This document shows, one piece after another, positions 10,586 through 21,685 of a DNA stretch of 35,065 nucleotides. The stretch lies in the NCBI GenBank assembly GCA_963709405.1, contig CAVPXM010000005.1, forward strand, positions 1 to 35,065, in the 5' to 3' direction. Source of the stretch: an uncultured Nitrososphaerales archaeon (GTDB taxonomy: Archaea; Thermoproteota; Nitrososphaeria; Nitrososphaerales; Nitrososphaeraceae). Position 1 is the stretch's first letter. The number at the start of each line of letters is the position of its first letter. The translations under genes and the position numbers were made by a program. The notes below the pieces were generated by a model, which was given only the letters and a program-made list of their open reading frames with translations, did no database searches and had not been told where the DNA came from.

Positions 10586-10708
10586 CACAATCTTTATTCA
10601 AAACTATAGTGTTTTAGCATATGCCCTCATACTTGCAATACCACATTGGCTGCTCTGGATGGAGTTATTCGGCACGGCAAGGACCATTTTATCCCTAATT
10701 TAGATAAT
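10586..10708. repeat. Degenerate ~125-bp direct repeat, copy 2
   Basis: Aligns with 6858-6982; identical 24-mer at 10647-10670. Confidence 0.85.
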
Positions 10709-10831
10709 TACAATGGTCATTGGATAGATCGTCAGCATCTTATTTATCTGAATCCAACTATTTTAGACAATGCCTAGAGATGTATGGTGACAAGAAATAA
10801 TATCAACGACTAGTGACGAAGAGGGAATTAT

Positions 10832-11460
10832 CTATGGTTTTGCCTCATAAACTATATTAAACCATGTCTGGGCAACTCGCCTAAAATGCTTAAATCCACC
10901 TGACTTTACTACTTGTGATATACCGGACTCGCCTGCTAGTGCACCTAGTGCTGGTCCGTTTTGGCTTAAAGATGCAGGAATACATATCATAGTTGATGCA
11001 GCATAAGATAGTCGACCAAGGGGATTCAAATTATTCTCTACCTTATCGTTTGCAAATGGTTCCACCATCATCACTGTTCCTTCAGGCTTCTTTAATGCTT
11101 TTAGTGCATACGCCGTTGCCCCTTCCGGATCTCCCATATCGTGCAGACAATCAAAGAATGATATTAAATCGTATCCTTCATTGGTAATGATTGGAAAGTT
11201 AGTCGAAGATGCGACTTTAAAGGTTATCCTGTCTTCATCCAGTCCTTCATCTTTAGCCTTATTTCTAGCATACTCTATGGATCTTGCATGATTGTCAAAT
11301 CCATAAAACTTTGAATTAGGATAAGCCTTTGCCATTAATATGGTGGAAACACCATGGCCACATCCAATATCTGCAACTTTAGCGCCACCTTTCTTAAGAG
11401 TCTGTTCCACATTGCCATTATCAAGAGCAGGAATCCAAGAACTTACTAGATTCGCTGTCC
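10832..11460 (-). pseudogene. Class I SAM-dependent methyltransferase (Rv2258c-like), 5'-truncated
   Basis: VADIGCGHG and FFDCLHDMGDP. The frame continues upstream as ANLVSSWIPALD, then breaks off; the N-terminal winged-helix half is absent. Confidence 0.8.
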
Positions 11461-11516
11461 CAGCCCAGTATACCTTTTATATTATATGATATAGTCCATC
11501 TGTGGACAAATACATT

Positions 11517-12015
11517 ATGCAAAAAATCATCCCTTTTCTGTGGTTTGACAACAATGCCGAAGAAGCAGTAAAATTTTACACCTCTATTTTTAAAAACTCA
11601 AAAAGCATAGATGTTACCCATTACGGAGAGTCAGGCAGCAGAGGTTTCTGGAAGACCAAAATGGACGGTAATGACTGTTACGTTTGAACTTGAAGGACAA
11701 CGATTCATGGCCTTAAACGGAGGTCCGGTTTTCAATTTCTCGCCAGCCATATCTTTTCTAGTGAACCGCGAAACACAGGAAGAGCTAGATGAGTTGTGGG
11801 AAAAACTCTCCGATGGAGGACAAAAAGAGCAGTGTGGATGGTTGAAAGACAAGTTTGGTGTTTCATGGCAGATCGTTCCTACTGTCTTAGGCGAGATGTT
11901 GCAAGACAAAGATACAGAGAAATCGGAAAGAGTCATAAAGGCACTGCTTCAAATGAAGAAAATCGAAATAGAGAGGTTGAGGAAGGCATATGAGGAGGTC
12001 GAGAGAAGATCTTGA
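11517..12015 (+). CDS. VOC/PhnB-family protein (3-demethylubiquinone-9 3-methyltransferase-like), frameshift at ~11634
   Basis: [45 protein letters not shown]. Confidence 0.9.
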
Positions 12016-12584
12016 GAAAGTTAAAGCTGCAAGTGCAAATGTCGATAGACGGCTACATCGCAGGGCCTAATGGTGAGATGGACTGGATGGTTTGGAACTG
12101 GGATGATAAACTCAAAAATTATGTATTTGAATTAACTGAATCAGTCGACACAATTATTTTAGGGCGAAAAATGACAGATGGTTTCATTTCATATTGGTCA
12201 GATATAATGACAAAACCTGGTGACCCATTTTATGCATTTGCCAAAAAGATGATAGAAACACCAAAAGTTGTTTTCACAAAAACACTAAATAAATCAAAGT
12301 GGGTGAATACGAATATTGCTACAGGCGACCTTTCGGACGAAATCATGAAGCTAAAGAGTGAAAGTGGTAAAGACATCATCGTGTATGGTGGTGCCACGTT
12401 TGATTCTTCCTTAATTAAAGCAGGACTCATTGACGAATTTCATTTGCTCATCAATCCTGCTGCTATTGGAAGCGGCATGGCAATATTCAAAGATATAAGC
12501 GAGATCCAAAAATTCACCATGATAAAGTCTACGCCATTTGATTGCGGAATAGTTGAGCTTCATTATGAGCCAAAGAGAAATTGA
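12012..12584 (+). CDS. Dihydrofolate reductase-like (RibD C-terminal domain) protein
   Basis: MSIDGYIAGP, ILGRK, GKDIIVYGG, GLIDEFHLLINP..IGSG. Confidence 0.92.
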   Translation: MRKLKLQVQMSIDGYIAGPNGEMDWMVWNWDDKLKNYVFELTESVDTIILGRKMTDGFISYWSDIMTKPGDPFYAFAKKMIETPKVVFTKTLNKSKWVNTNIATGDLSDEIMKLKSESGKDIIVYGGATFDSSLIKAGLIDEFHLLINPAAIGSGMAIFKDISEIQKFTMIKSTPFDCGIVELHYEPKRN

Positions 12585-12624
12585 AAGATACGCAATTGAA
12601 ACGATGGACGGATGGATATAAACT

Positions 12625-13101
12625 ATGAGTAAAATTGGCGTATTTATCCATGTAACCCTTGACGGATTCTTTGCTGGACCTAATGATGAGATCGATTGGT
12701 TCAAAGTAATTAAAAAGGATGCAGAGTGGGAAAAGCACATTGACAAGGAATCACAGTCTGGTAACACACTTCTCTTTGGTGCAACAACCTACAGAATGAT
12801 GAAAGGCTTCTGGCCTACTCCTGCCGGAATTCAGAGCGATCCTGACATGGCTAAGGCAGTGAACGAGAGTCCAAAGATTGTTGTTTCAAACACGCTCAAA
12901 AGTGTAGAAGACGAATCAAATTGGAAGAACGTCAGGATCCTTCACGATTTGGACTACAATACAATCACAAAACTCAAAGAGGAAAGTAGTAGTAGTGGCA
13001 AGTATCTTTTCAAAGATGTCAAGATGACTGAGATGACTCTCATCGAAGCACGATCATTCAAGAATGGGCTTGTGTCGCTGCGTTATCGACCGGTAAGATA
13101 A
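12625..13101 (+). pseudogene. Second DHFR-like protein with an in-frame internal deletion
   Basis: VTLDGFFAGP and LLFGATTY present. It jumps from KLKEE directly to SGKYLFKD and lacks the GS/LIDE segment seen in the neighbouring paralogue. Confidence 0.75.
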
Positions 13102-13577
13102 AGGAAAAAATACATATCGCACTGCTGCCTATTTCAGTTTCTGTCATTGACTGTGCTAATAAATTTGCAACCTTTCTCCGTCTATCTTCGATTTTGAAAT
13201 TATGCGTTACCAAGATTAGTTTATGCAATATTCTCTTAGTGAAGGTTATGTTTATGCATTTTGTAGAACGGTAATTTGAATATCAATGGACTATTAGAGT
13301 CTAAATTGTATTCTAGATCGATATCATCTAAAATTCTATAATGCAAATATATCTGGCCACTCTAAGTATGATATTTCTTACAGTATGTTTCAACATTCAT
13401 CTTTACTATCCCAGGACTTAAGTTCCATGACCAGTTAAAAGAATACCTAAGAACTACCGGAATAGTAAGGATCCTTATATTCTGGTTCATCATATAGTCT
13501 AGATTCCAAAAGTGCTTTTGCTAGTTTCATTCTCTCAGTCTTAAGTAAAAACCGATCAACTTTTAGAAATTCACGTT

Positions 13578-14142
13578 TTATTTGTGAATAAGTATATTTA
13601 GATTACAATGCAGTGGAGTAACGCCAGCAGAAGTGGAGGAGCATTTTGCTTCATTATCAATCACAACTTTTGTGATAGTAGATCTTGCTCTTATTACTGT
13701 TAATTATAGACGTTATTTTATGGACGGCATTAGCAATTTGGGCAGCAGCTAAAGATTTGGTCGTTTCAAGGCTGCTTGATCGAGATGTTGAATTATCAAT
13801 TTCATTTGTAATCAATGCATTTAGATTTGTTGCAGTATTATTTACATCAGCTTTTTGTGGAATACCAATTGCACCGTAAATTTGACTTATGACTGCCTTT
13901 TTTATCATTGGTAATTTCGAACTTAAGAGCGCACTGCTGCCCTCTATGATATAAGAAGTATGAGTAGTCGTTGTATTTGGCTCAGAATTAATGGTTATGC
14001 TGTTATTAGATGCAAGGTCTCTTGGAATTACCTGAGCAAAAATTTGAGGAACGCTATTGAAATTTGAGTAATTGTATCCATCCATAATCAAAATAAGGAT
14101 TCCTAATAAAACCAGACCTTTTTTTAAGTTATTGTTGTCCAT
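13578..14142 (-). CDS. Hypothetical secreted protein, probable frameshift near the C-terminus
   Basis: Signal-peptide-like N-terminus and S/T/N-rich body. An alternative frame continues as TKVVIDNEAKCSSTSAGVTPLHCNLNILIHK* to 13578. Confidence 0.55.
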
Positions 14143-14588
14143 TGATCTTACCGGGTGATAATTAAGAAATTCATAGTAATAACCTTATCGGGTTAAACTT
14201 TTCTAACTATAAGTAGAGGAATATTTTGCTAATCTAAGAATTTTTTCCAGCAGGAGAATCAAATTCAAAACAAGGCTTACTCGCAAATCAGATTTTGCGA
14301 CTGGGTCGCCACCAGTAATGCTAAATTATCCTTTATATTTGATGTTAGATGGACATTTTGGATCAGATCAGCCTCTTAACCTATCTTGATTAAATTCTGA
14401 AGGTTCACTAGCCAGCCAACGAGAATCAATAACATGGTATCAAACGGTTTATTCATTCTATGTTCCCATTGTGATTTCAATACGTGGGAAAATAATACTC
14501 GATTTTTTAAACTAGTTAAAATCATAATTACTAAATATAGACTTGTGCAGTAGGAAACTCTTTTTTGTTGGTATGTCGTTGAAGGATT

Positions 14589-15059
14589 ATGAAGATCATT
14601 AATGCTACTTCCGAAGTTCCTGGCATGACCAAGGAAGAAGTCGAGAGATTCCTTGAAAGTAAATTAAATTTGCAGATAGCTACGATTGACGAACAAGATG
14701 AGCCCAATATACAACCCGTCTGGTTTTACTATAATAAAGATAAAGAAAAACTCTTGATAACTACATCTAAATTAGCCAAGAAAACTCAAAATCTCCGAAA
14801 TAAACCATCTATTTATTTTTCCATAGATGATGAGAATCCTCCGTATAGAGGTGTCAAAGGTAAAGGCATTACAACTTTAGTAGAAGATCCAGATAAAACA
14901 GTTTCACAAGGAGATAGAATTAGTATGAAATACCTTGGGACGCTTGATCATCCAATCGCAAAAATGATTTCTGAGGGTTCAAAAAATGGAGATAATGTAG
15001 TTATTGAAATTAGTCCGAAGTTCTTTTCTACATGGGACTATGGTAAAATGCAGTTATGA
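14589..15059 (+). CDS. Pyridoxamine 5'-phosphate oxidase-family (split-barrel flavin/F420-binding) protein
   Basis: LQIATID..PNIQPVWF, KKTQNLRNKP.IYFSID, PYRGVKGKG, STWDYGK. Confidence 0.88.
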   Translation: MKIINATSEVPGMTKEEVERFLESKLNLQIATIDEQDEPNIQPVWFYYNKDKEKLLITTSKLAKKTQNLRNKPSIYFSIDDENPPYRGVKGKGITTLVEDPDKTVSQGDRISMKYLGTLDHPIAKMISEGSKNGDNVVIEISPKFFSTWDYGKMQL

Positions 15060-15203
15060 CTTATACCAAGATATAATCCATTAGATACCTAGTTGATACA
15101 GATAGCATTAGTTTACTAAAGAGTTAATTGCTCATTTTGGTGAATTTCTTAATCCTGCGTTTGTTAAAATATTGACTCAAATCTGGTAAATAGCAATATT
15201 TTT

Positions 15204-15359
15204 TTACAATAGCCTGCCATCCCTATTGTTCTGCTGTATCCGGACGTTACCACAATTAAAGCATATCAATCGTGTATGATTTGGTTTGACCGATGTATCA
15301 TGAACTGAATGGAATAAGTTATTGCTACTACATTTGCTAAAATTACTGAACATGGTCAT
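15204..15359 (-). CDS. Small (degenerate) zinc-ribbon-like protein, 51 aa
   Basis: MTMFSNFSKCSSNNLF...LICFNCGNVR; co-oriented third gene of a small cluster; first Cys pair incomplete. Confidence 0.3.
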   Translation of the reverse strand: MTMFSNFSKCSSNNLFHSVHDTSVKPNHTRLICFNCGNVRIQQNNRDGRLL

Positions 15360-15390
15360 ATTCTGGTTAGTTCGTTGATTCCTTAGTCAG

Positions 15391-15672
15391 TTATTTAGTG
15401 GGTTTGATTTCATCAAGTTTCAGTTGTTTTGACTTTTCCTGTTCGGTCAACTTTTTTAATGTCTTATAATGATCGAATATAATAGATAGGAAGATTGGCT
15501 GTATTCTTATAGGACTGGCAGCATAAGAACACGCTGAATTATACAAACGTTCAATTGAAAACATTCTGTCAAATAACTTCCTGTCAGATTTGCCAAGACA
15601 GTTGCGAAATTCCTTCCATTCAATTTTTTCATCTGATGTTGCTAATCTAAATGATGGAATTGTTCTACCCAT
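15391..15672 (-). CDS. Conserved archaeal small helical protein (MGRTxPxxR family, arCOG07300-like)
   Basis: MGRTIPSFR...WKEFRNCL..DRKLFDRMF...IFLSII pattern, recalled from proteins in archaeal PolB2 loci. Confidence 0.7.
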   Translation of the reverse strand: MGRTIPSFRLATSDEKIEWKEFRNCLGKSDRKLFDRMFSIERLYNSACSYAASPIRIQPIFLSIIFDHYKTLKKLTEQEKSKQLKLDEIKPTK

Positions 15673-15674
15673 TT

Positions 15675-15881
15675 TTAAGTCAGATATAATAAGAAACTAC
15701 ACTTTTCGCACGAATAGCCTAGTCTATCGAATTCAGATGAGAATATCATTACGTCATGGCAGCGAGGACATTCTGTTTCGTGGTCTATCTCCTTTATTTC
15801 AGGATTTGGTTTGATCTCTATTGCTTCCTGCGCGTCTAATGGATCAGATTGAACCTGCAGTAATGGGTTCTTCTTCCTCAT
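15675..15881 (-). CDS. Small zinc-ribbon protein
   Basis: CPRC...CEKC; ends 2 bp before the start of the next gene. Confidence 0.7.
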   Translation of the reverse strand: MRKKNPLLQVQSDPLDAQEAIEIKPNPEIKEIDHETECPRCHDVMIFSSEFDRLGYSCEKCSFLLYLT

Positions 15882-16109
15882 AACCAGATTCCGATATCGT
15901 GATTATTATAAAATGTAATACTTATCAGAGAGGGGGAGGCTGATTAAGTCAGCAAAGGGTGTGTGTATATAACTATAGCTTGAATGTATAATACGTCTAA
16001 ATTTCTAAACTGGATTCAAGATATGGCTTAATAGGTTGATTTTAGATCCTAATTATTGAATATGTTATCGGAGTCGCTAGCAAATAAAATATAATAGATA
16101 CTCTGGGCA

Positions 16110-16258
16110 AGCCAGACTTTATTCCAGTTCTACAACTGGGAAGCAAAATTGAAGTAGGCTTATTTGATTATGCATTCAAAATAGTCGGCGGAGTTCTTAC
16201 TTTTGGCCTTCTTGCCATAGCCCTTAGAAGAAAGTTTGAAAGACGGTTCAGACATTGA
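16110..16258 (+). pseudogene. Orphan C-terminal fragment of a membrane protein
   Basis: DFIPVLQLGSKIEVGLFDYAFKIVGGVLTFGLLAIALRRKFERRFRH*; no start codon; resembles tails of archaeal pentapeptide-repeat membrane proteins (from recall). Confidence 0.45.
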
Positions 16259-16362
16259 TTTTTTTATAGTCGAATTGTTAACATATGCTAGTTAATGCCG
16301 GTTTTTGTAGTGAAGACAACCAATACTCTAGTCATTGTATTTCACATATATTTCAAGATATA

Positions 16363-16605
16363 TTAATACAATCTTAAATCTTCCAGTTTTACCTTGTCTT
16401 TTATATACATAAAATAATTCACGATTTTATCCCTGGTATCTATCTGTAATTGATCGAACCTAGACGTATCATCGAATGTTTCTTTATCTGATAATATGTA
16501 ATCAAGTCCCTGTTCCAGTATTATATCTAATATTTCTCGATTTGTTAGCGCTTCATAAAGATCTTGTTTATTCTCTATTTGAACTGCAGAAGTATCTTTT
16601 CTCAG
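16363..16605 (-). pseudogene. Start-less open frame (~80 codons), probable gene fragment
   Basis: KDTSAVQIENKQDLYEALTNREILDIILEQGLDYILSDKETFDD...LEDLRLY*; stop-free in AT-rich DNA. Confidence 0.35.
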
Positions 16606-16842
16606 CTACGGCTAAGGCATTTTGATGTCAACCATAACTTGACACATTCTCCATAAGGTATTGTTAAACGTAGTAGAACATATTTAGCAATTAGATATTT
16701 AATGAGCTAACCTGGAGCTAAATTGTTATGCTATAGGAAATTGCATTTTTGAAACAGCAAATTCTGTTATATTGAAAATCATTAGTGCGACCTCTTCTAG
16801 TAATGCTCTTGCTTTAGGAAGAAAGTAGTGCTTCTTTGAGGT

Positions 16843-17088
16843 TTATTGCTCTGTTGGTATTTCATCTAGTCTGTTTAATCTAGCGAGAACCCTGATCTTG
16901 CCAGTCCAAGAGTCAATATCTTTAGCATACAGTTCAATGCTCTTATCATAGCATTCGAAAGCCTCCTCATATCTTTCTAATTCATATAAGACATTGCCTC
17001 TACCCAGCCAGGGATCGAATTCATAGAATTCGCCAAACCAACCAAAACGACCCTGTTCAACGAAAAATGAAAATTGATAGGCATACAA
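16843..17088 (-). pseudogene. TPR-repeat protein fragment
   Basis: WLGRGNVLYELERYEEAFECYDKSIEL...WTGKIRVLARLNR. Confidence 0.7.
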
Positions 17089-17793
17089 AAAAAGGTTCTT
17101 TCTCTTAACAAGCAGAATAGCAATCAGACGTGTAAATTCTGTTCATACACATGCTAGCCATAACTAGATAGATTTTGCTTTTTATGAATTCGAGATAAAA
17201 TACCAAGAGTAGCACCAGATCAATAAAAAAAAGTTAATTTTGATGATTATCTAAATGACAATGACATATTATGTCTACATGCCAAGAAAGTGCATATCAA
17301 GCCGCGAGAAGAAAACGAGTATTACAGTAGCTATTGATGGTGAACCGATTGGAATTTGCCTGCTACAATCCAAGTGCATCACAACGCATTGACTGTAAGA
17401 ATATGAAAATATGAAGATGGCTCTTTCGGGATCAGGCCTTACCTAGGAACTTCCACTCCTCTTCCATGAGCATATAAGTACGAAAATTAGGCAGCAGAAT
17501 GTAACCTTTGTATATAATCTAAAATGTAAACTATCAAAGCACAGCAAATAGTAATATCTTTGTTTACTTATTAACTATTATTGAATAGGATATTTGTGTT
17601 CTAGTCTTACAAGTTATTCCTCACAGTGTGATCGAGACTAACAGGGTTTCACGTACATGGATCGCAATCATCGATCCATAGAGGAATAGAAGAAAAGCCT
17701 AGGCGTTCAAAAACATCGTCACGCTTATTCTGTGCACTGTATGGTCACCAAAGGAATAAGTATGATTTATTCTTGAAGTTATATGAAAGATAG

Positions 17794-18982
17794 TTGGCAT
17801 CTGTATGGGAGGGAACTGACGAATGGGGACCTGAAAAAGTCCTGCAGGTTTATGACCCTGATAGCGGGATGAAAGGCGTTTTGGTTATTGATAATACTTC
17901 GACAGGTCCAGGCAAAGGCGGTATACGATTTGCTGAAGGAACTACACCATTAGAAGTTTTCAAACTAGCAAGGACTATGACATGGAAGTGCGCTGCTGCT
18001 GGTTTACCTTTCGGAGGAGCAAAAGGTGGAATTTTTGCTGATCCCAACAAAGTTGACAGAGTGGCTTGGGTCAAATCGTTTGCAAAAATGATTAGGCCAT
18101 ATTGTCCATCGCAATACATAGCTGCAACTGATATTGGAACTACGGAATTGGACATGGCGATCTTTGCCCATGAAATAGGTGATATGCATGCCTGTACTGG
18201 AAAACCCTCAGAACTTGGTGGAATTCCACACGAATTGGGAACTACAGGTTATGGTGTAACCACAGCACTTGAGACGGCTCTTGAAGTTCTAGTGGAATTA
18301 AATGCTGTAAGTCTTCATAAAAACGAGACAAGAGTTTCTGTCCAAGGATTTGGTAATGTTGGATCGTTTACCTCAAGATTCCTTGATTCTTCTGGAATCA
18401 AGGTAGTTGCCATAAGTGATGTTTCGGGACTTATTTACGATAAAGACGGCCTGAACATCCCGAGACTTATGATAGATATGAAAGGAAAATCAATGCTCTC
18501 AAACCTGAATGGTTATAATATCCAGGATAAGGATGAGATTTTTGAAATTGATTCAGATATATTTATTCCTGCTGCAATGGGTAATGTCATTGTAGATGAA
18601 ACAGCATCAAAATTACTTGATCACGGCGTAAAAATAGTTGTGGAGGCAGACAAATCTCCCAACCTCGCTAAGAGCAGATGAATATCTGAATAGTAATGGC
18701 GTTTGGATTATTCCTGACTTCCTAGCAAATGCAGGTGGGGTTATTGGATCATTTGTAGAATATCAAGGAAGGACAGAAAAAGAAGCATTTGAGCTTATTA
18801 GGTACAAGATAGCTAAGAACATAAAAAGCATCCTTACGCAGGCTATCATGAACGAAGAGAATCCACGGATATTAGCTACTGAAATGTCGAAACAGATAGT
18901 GTATCGAGCTATGCTGTTGAGAAAGGGTGCGATAAGTGTTGCACGGGAAGCATATTCAAGGAAGGATATTATTTCGGTTTAA
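17794..18982 (+). CDS. Glu/Leu/Phe/Val dehydrogenase, frameshift at ~18650
   Basis: GPGKGGIR, MTWKCA, GGAKGG, QGFGNVG, IPDFLANAGGV. Removing A18650 restores VVEAANLP. Confidence 0.93.
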
Positions 18983-19597
18983 GCAAGTTGAATGTCAGTT
19001 TTATCTAAAAATCAAATTCGATAATCGTACCTAATATGATGATTGATGCCGATAATACCAGAGAAGTGAACCAGTCCTCAATCTATTCTCAGAAAACCTG
19101 GCAATATGATATCGCGGGATTAGAAGCTACTAATTCTGGGTTACTGGGTTGTATACTGATAGAAGAGTTGATAAAATAGAAATATTTATTTACGGAATTT
19201 GGAATGAATGATGAAAGTAGAAAAAATGAAGCCGTTTGGGTCGCACTCGGATATTATAATCGAACGACGGAGATACTAATACTGAAATATCACCATCGAC
19301 ACGAGTATCACGATAAAGTACCTACATTGATTTGATTTGGTATCTAATCCATTCATGAGAACTTACAAGTTTATCAATATGAGATTACAACTTTGCATTC
19401 AGAAAAGCGTCCTAGTCTGTGTTAGTATTGATAATAATATCATGTATTAAAAAATATAACGAATGTTTAAGATTACTTGCATTTGGATCCACTTATTATT
19501 AAATTTTAATTCACAGGCAATTTTTTTAATATATTGCAAATCTGTTTCAGTTTTGCCGTCGAGTACTCCTATATTGGAACATATTGGTTGAAATTCA

Positions 19598-20509
19598 CTA
19601 ATGTCCATAGCCATGTAACATTTTAAAAATGTGCAATATTCCTGGAAAAATGCAATCTAATGATTCTGAAACCGCTTTTACACTTCCTGGCAGATTAATT
19701 ATCACTGTTTTACCTCTAACTCCAGCTACTCCTCTCGACAGCATGGATAATGGAGTCTGCCTTTGACCATGGGCTCTAACTGTCTCAGCCACACCATCCA
19801 ACTCTTTTTGTATGATTTCTCTTGTCGCTTCAGGAGTGATATCGCGAGGGCCGACGCCTGTTCCTCCGGTTGTTATAACTATATCTACCTTTAATTCATC
19901 ACAAAATCTTTTGAGTTCAGATATTATAGCCGCTTTATCATCGGGAGTTATCGTGTATTCTACAATTTCCAGCCCATTTTCTTTTAAATTTTCTATAATA
20001 ATTCTGCCGGACTCGTCTTCCTGTTTGTTTCTAGTATCACTAGCAACTAAGACTGCAGCCTTAATCCTTATGGAAGAACTTTCTCTAAAATCAGTAATGC
20101 CACCCTGTTTTTCAACTAGTCTAATTGATTCTATTAATAGTGATTCATCGATGGGTTTCAGCATATCGTAAATAGTCAATGATGCTATACAAGCAGCTGT
20201 AAGTGCCTCCATTTCCACACCAGTCTTCCATACGCTTTTCACTTGTACAGTAACCTTTATTTGGTCCTCTTCTAGCGAAACATCTACTTTAACAGAATCA
20301 ATTGGGATCGGATGACAATATGGTATTAAATCATAGGTCTTTTTTGCAGCCATAGTCCCAGAAATTTTTGCAGCATCGATAAAATTGCCTTTTGGAGAGT
20401 TGCCATTATCAATATGATGCCTGGTAGTACTAGAAATTCTCAGGATGGCCTGTGCAGTTGATTTTCTAAATGTATCTGTTTTCTTGCTTATATCAAACAT
20501 CCCTGACAT
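19598..20509 (-). CDS. moaCB: Bifunctional molybdenum cofactor biosynthesis protein MoaC/MoaB
   Basis: MFDISKK, LIPYCHP, KTGVEMEAL, TIYDMLK (MoaC); TTGGTGVGPRDITPEA, NLPGS (MoaB/MogA). Start set at MSGMFD. Confidence 0.95.
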   Translation of the reverse strand: MSGMFDISKKTDTFRKSTAQAILRISSTTRHHIDNGNSPKGNFIDAAKISGTMAAKKTYDLIPYCHPIPIDSVKVDVSLEEDQIKVTVQVKSVWKTGVEMEALTAACIASLTIYDMLKPIDESLLIESIRLVEKQGGITDFRESSSIRIKAAVLVASDTRNKQEDESGRIIIENLKENGLEIVEYTITPDDKAAIISELKRFCDELKVDIVITTGGTGVGPRDITPEATREIIQKELDGVAETVRAHGQRQTPLSMLSRGVAGVRGKTVIINLPGSVKAVSESLDCIFPGILHIFKMLHGYGH

Positions 20510-20787
20510 TTCAGTTACTTTATGATACAATTCACTGGCTATAATTTGGTAGCGGAGATTACTTACATCAAGTAGAAGTGGTAGCATACACCTGCGTCCC
20601 TGCGTTGGTGGACTGTCAAATCTCACTAGTAATTAATTCCGAATAATGACGATTATCTCATAACTGAAATGTCTGGAGCCCAGTAAATCTTTACTTACAT
20701 CATTATGTGCCAGAAGCCTTATAACGGGCCGAGCATGCGTTTCACCCGTGTTACATTCACAAAACTATGTGAATTGCAAGCGAATAG

Positions 20788-21003
20788 TTATTTCCGATCT
20801 TCACTTCTAAGGATTTCAAAACCAATCCTAACCTCAGCTTGATACTCCATTTTCCCCCCGTCTTCCACTCTAAATGTTATGCGGCCTAATTCTCCCCATT
20901 TGATATTTTTAACGGTTTTCGAAGCTTCTTGGAAAGCATTGTTCACTGCATCAGTAATGTCAGTATTTGATGTTCCTACGATGTCAATATATTTGTAAAC
21001 CAT
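20788..21003 (-). CDS. Dodecin-family flavin-binding protein
   Basis: VYKYIDIVGTS...DAVNNA..ASKTVKNIKW...EYQAEVRIGF. Confidence 0.92.
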   Translation of the reverse strand: MVYKYIDIVGTSNTDITDAVNNAFQEASKTVKNIKWGELGRITFRVEDGGKMEYQAEVRIGFEILRSEDRK

Positions 21004-21685
21004 ACCTGAGAAAAAAATATATCATTTATATACTTTTTCACTAATAGGACTAGATTAACTTCGATAAAGTGTAGTCAGCCAAGCCACAAATATTCTTTTT
21101 GTCTTATATATTCGAGCCTGAAAACATCTAATTAACACGTATTTGCATAATATATCTCATATTTTCTAAACTTTAGTTGTAGACTTGTGACGTCTACCTT
21201 ATATTCGTGATATTAGCAAGATAATATATTGATTAGGTTAATCAGAATCCACACGATTATATGGAGAGTTGTCGATTTTATAGTACAGTCTCTAGACATA
21301 ATAGGCCTTATCAATTAGGTCTTGCGGTATAATTTGTGTTTCATTAATAGAATTATCGTTCTCCTCAATCAAGATATTTTGAATACTCTTATTTTTCTCA
21401 ATCTTATACAACAATGTACTAAAAACGTGTATTAATAAACTATATAAGACTTTAATCTAAATATTTTAATTAATAGTTAATATTTTATAAAATTGTGGGA
21501 GCAAAAAGTTGATTTTATCGAGATTTAACTCCTTTACAGATGACACTATCTTGCAAGTTTTTGATTTAGCGTAAATCGGTTGCCAGTGATCTTTATTATT
21601 GATGTATGCCCATCAAATTTTATTTGATGAACAAAAGATTTTTTAGGAAGCAATTAATTTATTTGCACCTTGATGTAAGACCTTT

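Noticed and set aside
20510-20626. N-terminal extension of MoaCB given by the ORF track
   Set aside because: The MoaC signature begins at MSGMFDISKK; the extension looks like intergenic sequence.
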